From Candidatus Doudnabacteria bacterium (GTDB lineage Bacteria > Patescibacteriota > Doudnabacteria > UBA920 > O2-02-FULL-48-8): 64,000 bases of DNA. Positions 59,200 through 64,000 of this stretch are shown here, piece by piece. The position numbers were made by a program, and so were the translations under genes. The stretch lies in contig JACQHB010000009.1 of assembly GCA_016199215.1 (NCBI GenBank), positions 4,905 through 68,904 on the forward strand, in the 5' to 3' direction. A model generated the notes under the pieces. That model worked only from the letters and a program-made list of their open reading frames with translations, had not been told where the DNA came from and made no database searches. Numbering within the stretch: the first letter of the stretch is position 1; every line of letters starts with the position of its first letter.

Positions 59200-59985
59200 A
59201 TGTTGATGACCAAACCAGTGGCAAAACCCGAAGAAGCCGTGGAGCAGTTAATTGGGGAGCAGTTTACCGAGTGGCTTATGGAATATATCTTTTTAAAGAT
59301 ACATGACGAGCCGGAAATGTCACTTATAAAAACTGCCAAACCAAAGATTGAGAAATTAAGGAAATTTTTGCTGCAATTGTTTTTGACTGACGAGGCTTTT
59401 GTCGGCGGGGCGGAAGGCGATCCGGGCTTTTTGCGCTTTGCGATCGCTAACTTATCCGAATCGAATGATCCGCAGGCCGAAGGCGCCTTGAATATATTGG
59501 AAAAACGCCGGCAAGAAGAACTGTTGGGTCATAAGGTTGAGAAAGGAATAATTTGGACCCGCTCGCGGGAGCTTTGGATCAAACTCTTTAAGGCCTTGGG
59601 CCTGACGCCGGAAGAAGTCAACCGCACGGAATCCAAAGAATGGACCAGAAATTATATTTCTGAGATTTCAGATTTGCTTTCCAACGCTGACTGGCAAGTG
59701 GCCGCGGGAGTTTTTACGGTTTTTGAACGCGCCATCCCCGAGGAATATAAGGCCGTGATTAATTTATTGAGGAACAATTCGCAAATTTCCGATCAGGATC
59801 TGGAAGTCTTAACCAAAAGAGTAAATATGTACGACCAATATGCGAAGGAAAGCATGCATATTTTGGAAAAAATTGTTTTCGACCCCCAATCCAAACAGCT
59901 GATTTGGGAAGGAGTGAGCAAACACCTGGAAGCCAGACGCGAGTTTTACTCCGGCAATATTAAATATCTGGAAGCGACCACCTAA
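59200..59985 (+). CDS. hypothetical protein (possibly heme-oxygenase-like/TenA-like helical fold)
   Basis: 261-aa all-helical-looking sequence with no confident family assignment. Confidence 0.25.
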   Translation: MLMTKPVAKPEEAVEQLIGEQFTEWLMEYIFLKIHDEPEMSLIKTAKPKIEKLRKFLLQLFLTDEAFVGGAEGDPGFLRFAIANLSESNDPQAEGALNILEKRRQEELLGHKVEKGIIWTRSRELWIKLFKALGLTPEEVNRTESKEWTRNYISEISDLLSNADWQVAAGVFTVFERAIPEEYKAVINLLRNNSQISDQDLEVLTKRVNMYDQYAKESMHILEKIVFDPQSKQLIWEGVSKHLEARREFYSGNIKYLEATT

Positions 59986-60025
59986 AAACCGTCCCAATGT
60001 TGGGGCGGTTTTTTGTTATTTTCAG

Positions 60026-60781
60026 CTAATCGGAGTCGTCCTCATCCTCGCTGTCCTGGCTTGACTCACCGCTATTCTGACTCCCTTTGTGCCTGTTCCG
60101 CTCTTCCTTGACTTTGATTTTGGCTTGCTCGATTTGCTTGAAATTTTCTTCGAGCCTGCCTTGCAGCTCCTCGTCGTCCCCGATTTTAATCCGGATTTTG
60201 TTCATTTCTGCTTCGTTGGTATCGGCCAGGTCTTCCAGTTTGATTAAAACTTGATCCAGCTTGGCCGCGGCTTCATCATTGCCGTCTGCCATAGTCTTTT
60301 CCCTGGCCATAGTCACTGATTCAATCGCCCTGCTTAAGCCGTTTACTGATTGATTGACCGCTTCGACTTTTTGCTCTTTTCGGTCGGAAGCTGAATTGGA
60401 AAGCTCGTCTAATTCCAATGCCCGTTCGTTTACGAACCTTACGTGCAGCTTGGCTTTGGTCTGTACTGTTGGCGCAAGTTTTAAGGCTATATTTTCCTGC
60501 CACGTATCCAGCAAGAAAAGCCTATCGCCCGGTTTGGAAGAATTGGCATAAGCCAAAGTGGTAGTCAGGCCTATGGCCACGACGGCTAAAGCGGAGGCAA
60601 AACCGTATTTTGGAATCAGCCGGCGATGATTGAAAACGCTGTCTTGTTTTGGCTGAGGCCGGTTAGCAAGAGACGAAAGCAGTTTGATTTTTAAGGAGTC
60701 TTTGGCAAATGGAAAATCAGGCTGATTTTTGATCAGGTTGATGATTTTTTCTTTTTCAGATTTTGACTTTAACCAAAACAT
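60026..60781 (-). CDS. putative anti-sigma factor (single TM, coiled-coil, acidic C-terminal extracytoplasmic domain)
   Basis: Sits immediately downstream of, and nearly abutting, the ECF sigma gene. One central TM helix (GFASALAVVAIGLTTTLAYA). Confidence 0.5.
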   Translation of the reverse strand: MFWLKSKSEKEKIINLIKNQPDFPFAKDSLKIKLLSSLANRPQPKQDSVFNHRRLIPKYGFASALAVVAIGLTTTLAYANSSKPGDRLFLLDTWQENIALKLAPTVQTKAKLHVRFVNERALELDELSNSASDRKEQKVEAVNQSVNGLSRAIESVTMAREKTMADGNDEAAAKLDQVLIKLEDLADTNEAEMNKIRIKIGDDEELQGRLEENFKQIEQAKIKVKEERNRHKGSQNSGESSQDSEDEDDSD

Positions 60782-60784
60782 GTC

Positions 60785-61402
60785 TTAGATTTTCCCGGCT
60801 AATTTTTTCTTCAGCGCCCCAATCGCCCGGTGCTGCAACACCCTGACTGCGACCTCGCTTTTGCCCAATACCTGCGCCGTTTCCGAAACCGAAAGCTGCT
60901 GTTTAAACCTCAAATCCAAAACCGTCTGCTGTTCCAATGAAAGTTCCGAAAGCGCGGCCCATAAAAACTCATAGTCTTCAAAGCCTTCAGGATCCTGGCT
61001 CAGATTGGCCAGGTTTTCCACCTTCTCAAGTTCAACCGTCTGTTTCCGCACTCGCCAGTAATCAATCAGAGTGTGCTGGGTGATCTGGAAGACCCAGGTG
61101 GAGAATTTAGCCGACTTTCGAGGCTGGTAGCGGCGGATGTTGTTCCAGGTTTTCAAAAAAACAGTGTGGACCAAGTCCTCCGAAGTTTCTTTATGCCGCA
61201 GGCGGCTGAATAAAAAGTTGTAAATGCTTTGGGCGTAAATTTCATAAATCCGCCCGAAAGCCTCCTTGTCTCCTGCTTGGGCGGACTTTATCAGCTGTTG
61301 AATTTGGTCTTCTGGGATCTTTTCGCTCTGCATTTTAATCGATTTAACGACCGAATAGTTACAATTTATTGCCAGCCCAGTAAGGTTAGCAAAACTTAAC
61401 AA
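60785..61402 (-). CDS. ECF-type RNA polymerase sigma-70 family factor
   Basis: Region 2 (...HTVFLKTWNNIRRY...TWVFQITQHTLIDYWR) and a region 4 HTH near the C-terminus; 205 aa. Confidence 0.8.
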   Translation of the reverse strand: MLSFANLTGLAINCNYSVVKSIKMQSEKIPEDQIQQLIKSAQAGDKEAFGRIYEIYAQSIYNFLFSRLRHKETSEDLVHTVFLKTWNNIRRYQPRKSAKFSTWVFQITQHTLIDYWRVRKQTVELEKVENLANLSQDPEGFEDYEFLWAALSELSLEQQTVLDLRFKQQLSVSETAQVLGKSEVAVRVLQHRAIGALKKKLAGKI

Positions 61403-61440
61403 AAAATGCTAGAATAATTCGTACAAGAACGCGAACAATC

Positions 61441-62286
61441 ATGCAAGTTATTGACGGGAATGCCATTGCTGCGGATATTTTATCCAAGCTTAGGGCCAAA
61501 ATTATAAAGCAAAATTTGAGGCCCCATCTGGGCGTGGTTTTGGTTGGAGATAATCAGGCTTCGAAGACCTACGTTAGAAAAAAACAAGAAGCAGCAGAAT
61601 CAATCGGAGTTAAATTTTCCCTCTATAGGTTTCCGGAAAATATCCAGCAAGGGGAACTCGAGGAGGAAATAGATCTGATTCAACAAGAGGATCTTTCCGG
61701 AATTATAGTCCAGCTCCCTCTGCCTAAGGACCTTGACAAAAAAACTGTTTTAAACAAACTTACCGCGGACATTGATGTTGATTTTTTGACCTGGGTCTCG
61801 TTAGGCAAACTGCTAATTGGAGAAACTTCAATGCTGCCGCCATCACCCGCCGCGGTAATGGAAATTTTAAGTAGATACAAAGTTGACCTTAGAGGCAAGC
61901 ATGTGGTTTTGGTAGGCTCGGGGGACCTTATAGGCAAGCCGCTTAAGAATATTTTAGTCAAACTCCCCTTAACCCTGACTGTTTGCAACAAGGACACAAA
62001 AAATTTGCCTAAATTCACCAAAATGGCCGATATTATTATTACTGGTGTTGGGAAACCGGGTATGATCAAAGGAAATATGGTGAAATCAGGTGTCGTGGCG
62101 ATTGATGCCGGGGTTTCGTTTGAAGGCAAAAAACAAAAAGGGGATTTGGATTTCGCTTCGGTTTCTAAAAAAGCCAGCCTGATCACTCCAACTCCTGGCG
62201 GAGTCGGCCCAATCACTGTTGCCAAACTTTTAGAAAATACCGTGATTAATGCCGCCAGAAAAGTAAACTGGAAACAAGTAAGATGA
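61441..62286 (+). CDS. folD: bifunctional methylenetetrahydrofolate dehydrogenase/cyclohydrolase
   Basis: MQVIDGNAIA... N-terminus, ...ASKTYVRKK..., GSGDLIGKP Rossmann motif; 281 aa. Confidence 0.85.
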   Translation: MQVIDGNAIAADILSKLRAKIIKQNLRPHLGVVLVGDNQASKTYVRKKQEAAESIGVKFSLYRFPENIQQGELEEEIDLIQQEDLSGIIVQLPLPKDLDKKTVLNKLTADIDVDFLTWVSLGKLLIGETSMLPPSPAAVMEILSRYKVDLRGKHVVLVGSGDLIGKPLKNILVKLPLTLTVCNKDTKNLPKFTKMADIIITGVGKPGMIKGNMVKSGVVAIDAGVSFEGKKQKGDLDFASVSKKASLITPTPGGVGPITVAKLLENTVINAARKVNWKQVR

Positions 62287-63251
62287 ATGAAGTAATAATT
62301 ATCGGTGGCGGGGTGGCGGCGTTTTCAGCCGCTTTGTTCGCGGCAAGGCGAGGCTTGTCGGTTTTGGTGTTAGGAAAAGATATTGGCGGACAGGCAAATT
62401 TTACGGATGTGATTGAGAATTATCCCGGCCTGCCCCGGGTCGGAGGCAATGAGCTGGTGGAATCGATTAAAAAGCAGGCCTTAGGTTTTGGAGCTAAGTT
62501 TGAGACGGCTGAGGTAAGTAAGATTAGAAAAGCGCCAGGAGGCAATTTTATTGTTTTTGCATACGGCAAGCAATATAAATCCCAAAGTATAATTTTGGCT
62601 TTTGGGAAAACTCCAAAAGATCTGGATGTGCCTGGAGAAGAAGAATTCAAGGGCAAAGGAATTGTTTATTGCGGAATCTGCGACGGACCCTTATTTAAAA
62701 ACAAAATTGTGGCAGTGGTCGGAGTCGGGGACCTGGCCATTGAAGAGGCTTTATTTTGCGCCAAATTCGCCAAGCGTGTATTTTTACTGTCCAAAACGGA
62801 TAAAATCATGGGGCATCCGGCATTGGTCAAGGCTATTTCGAAAAAATCGAATATCGAGATTTTGCAGTTTGTTCGAGTGGAAGAAATTAAAGGAAGATCG
62901 GAAGTGGAAAGCCTGAAGCTGCTGGATTTAAAAACGAATAAGCCCAAACATTTGCCAATTAACGGAATATTAGTAGAATTAGGATACGTGGTTAAATCAG
63001 AATTTGTTGCTGGCTTGGTTAAGCTGGACCAAAATAGCCAGATCATCGTCAATCCGGACCAATCTACTTCCTGCGAAGGAATTTTTGCCGCCGGAGACGC
63101 GACCAACAGGCCTTATAAGCAGGCCACGATTTCAGCCGGGGAGGGAGCAGCAGCAGGCTTGGCCGCCTTTGACTGGCTAATGAGGCAAAGATCGGGGCAA
63201 GGCTTGACCTCGGATTGGACACAGATCAAGAAGGTTAAAATTAAAAAATAA
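62283..63251 (+). CDS. thioredoxin-reductase-like FAD/NAD(P)-dependent oxidoreductase (CGIC redox motif)
   Basis: VIIIGGGVAAFSAALFAARRG FAD motif, CGICDG disulfide motif, second Rossmann motif VVGVGDLAIEEA. Confidence 0.7.
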   Translation: MNEVIIIGGGVAAFSAALFAARRGLSVLVLGKDIGGQANFTDVIENYPGLPRVGGNELVESIKKQALGFGAKFETAEVSKIRKAPGGNFIVFAYGKQYKSQSIILAFGKTPKDLDVPGEEEFKGKGIVYCGICDGPLFKNKIVAVVGVGDLAIEEALFCAKFAKRVFLLSKTDKIMGHPALVKAISKKSNIEILQFVRVEEIKGRSEVESLKLLDLKTNKPKHLPINGILVELGYVVKSEFVAGLVKLDQNSQIIVNPDQSTSCEGIFAAGDATNRPYKQATISAGEGAAAGLAAFDWLMRQRSGQGLTSDWTQIKKVKIKK

Positions 63252-63297
63252 AAATTCAAAAATTTTTATCTTTTCCTTTTTAATTTTGAATTACTTT

Positions 63298-64000
63298 TAT
63301 GAATCACTACAAGCTCATAATCATTGGATCGGGGCCCGCGGGATTGACTGCCGCGATTTACTCGGCTAGGGCCGAACTAAGTCCGCTCGTCATAGCAGGC
63401 CTGACTTTTGGCGGTCAATTAATGACCACGACTGAAGTCGAAAATTATCCTGGTTTTCCCAAAGGGGTGCAGGGGCCGGAATTGATGCAGCAGATGATAG
63501 CGCAGGCCGAGCGGTTTGGCGCGGCCATAATTTATGAAGACGCGGTCAAGGTTGATTTTGGCAAAAAACCCTTCAAAATTACCACTGGAGAAAAGGAGTA
63601 TTCCGCCGATTGCGTGATCATTGCCACGGGCGCGGTCTACAAGTGGCTGGATATTCCATCAGAAACCCGTTTGCGCGGCAGAGGCATATCAGCTTGCGCT
63701 ACTTGCGACGGTTTCTTTTTCAAGGATAAAGAATTGGTGGTGGTAGGCGGCGGGGATGCGGCCATGGAGGAGGCGATTTATTTGACCAAATTTGCCACCA
63801 AGGTTACAATTTTAAACCGGAGCGACATGTTGCGAGCTTCCAAAATAATGGCCCAGCGGGCAAAAGACAACCCTAAAATCACCATTCTTTACGATAAAAC
63901 AGTCCAGGAGTTTCTTGGAGACGAAAAGCTGACCGGGATATTGGTTAAGGATGCCAAAAGCGGAGAAGTGGAAGAGGTAAAAATTGGCGGGGCTTTCATA
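63298..64000 (+). CDS. trxB: thioredoxin-disulfide reductase, 3'-truncated at the window edge
   Basis: LIIIGSGPAGLTAAIYSARA, canonical CATCDG motif, VVVGGGDAAMEEA. The ORF runs off the end of the window. Confidence 0.85.

Overview
This 64-kb window looks like a low-GC, gene-dense segment of a small-genome bacterium, in Candidate Phyla Radiation/Patescibacteria style: short YidC, short TsaB, short ValS, many alternative start codons. It spans the chromosomal replication-origin neighbourhood, with rpmH-rnpA-yidD-yidC-jag on the minus strand facing dnaA-dnaN-recF on the plus strand, and DnaA-box-like sequences in the rpmH/dnaA gap. The window is otherwise full of housekeeping genes: gyrA (5'-truncated), rsmI, yebC, ruvC, tyrS, PBP1A, an O-antigen-ligase-like protein, ruvB, ruvA, uvrB, polA, rpsT, rpoB, rpoC, valS, tsaE/tsaB/tsaD, folD and two trxB-like genes. 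One tRNA-Glu gene is present. The standout feature is a complete diversity-generating retroelement (DGR) cassette at about 28.9-31.6 kb. It has a strongly GC-rich 204-aa target gene whose C-terminal ~126 bp (variable repeat, VR) is repeated ~500 bp downstream as a template repeat (TR). By my manual alignment, 15 of 16 TR/VR differences fall on TR adenines. The cassette also carries an Avd-like four-helix-bundle gene on the opposite strand and a DGR-type reverse transcriptase (RT) with the YADD box; the RT is interrupted by a frameshift and sits just downstream of a G10 homopolymer. Immediately downstream lies a 1131-aa surface protein with Ig-like repeats, a lamin-tail domain and beta-helix repeats. 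Other items worth a second look: a 14-bp inverted-repeat motif (ATCCCGTTAGAAAT) that flanks two different divergent intergenic regions; a ~154-bp duplication of the tRNA-Glu 3' end next to a GC-rich island; a consensus promoter driving a leaderless 18-codon micro-ORF plus terminator; a GC-rich GGDEF-domain protein; and a pair of secreted proteins with curlin-like repeats. No CRISPR arrays or rRNA genes were seen.
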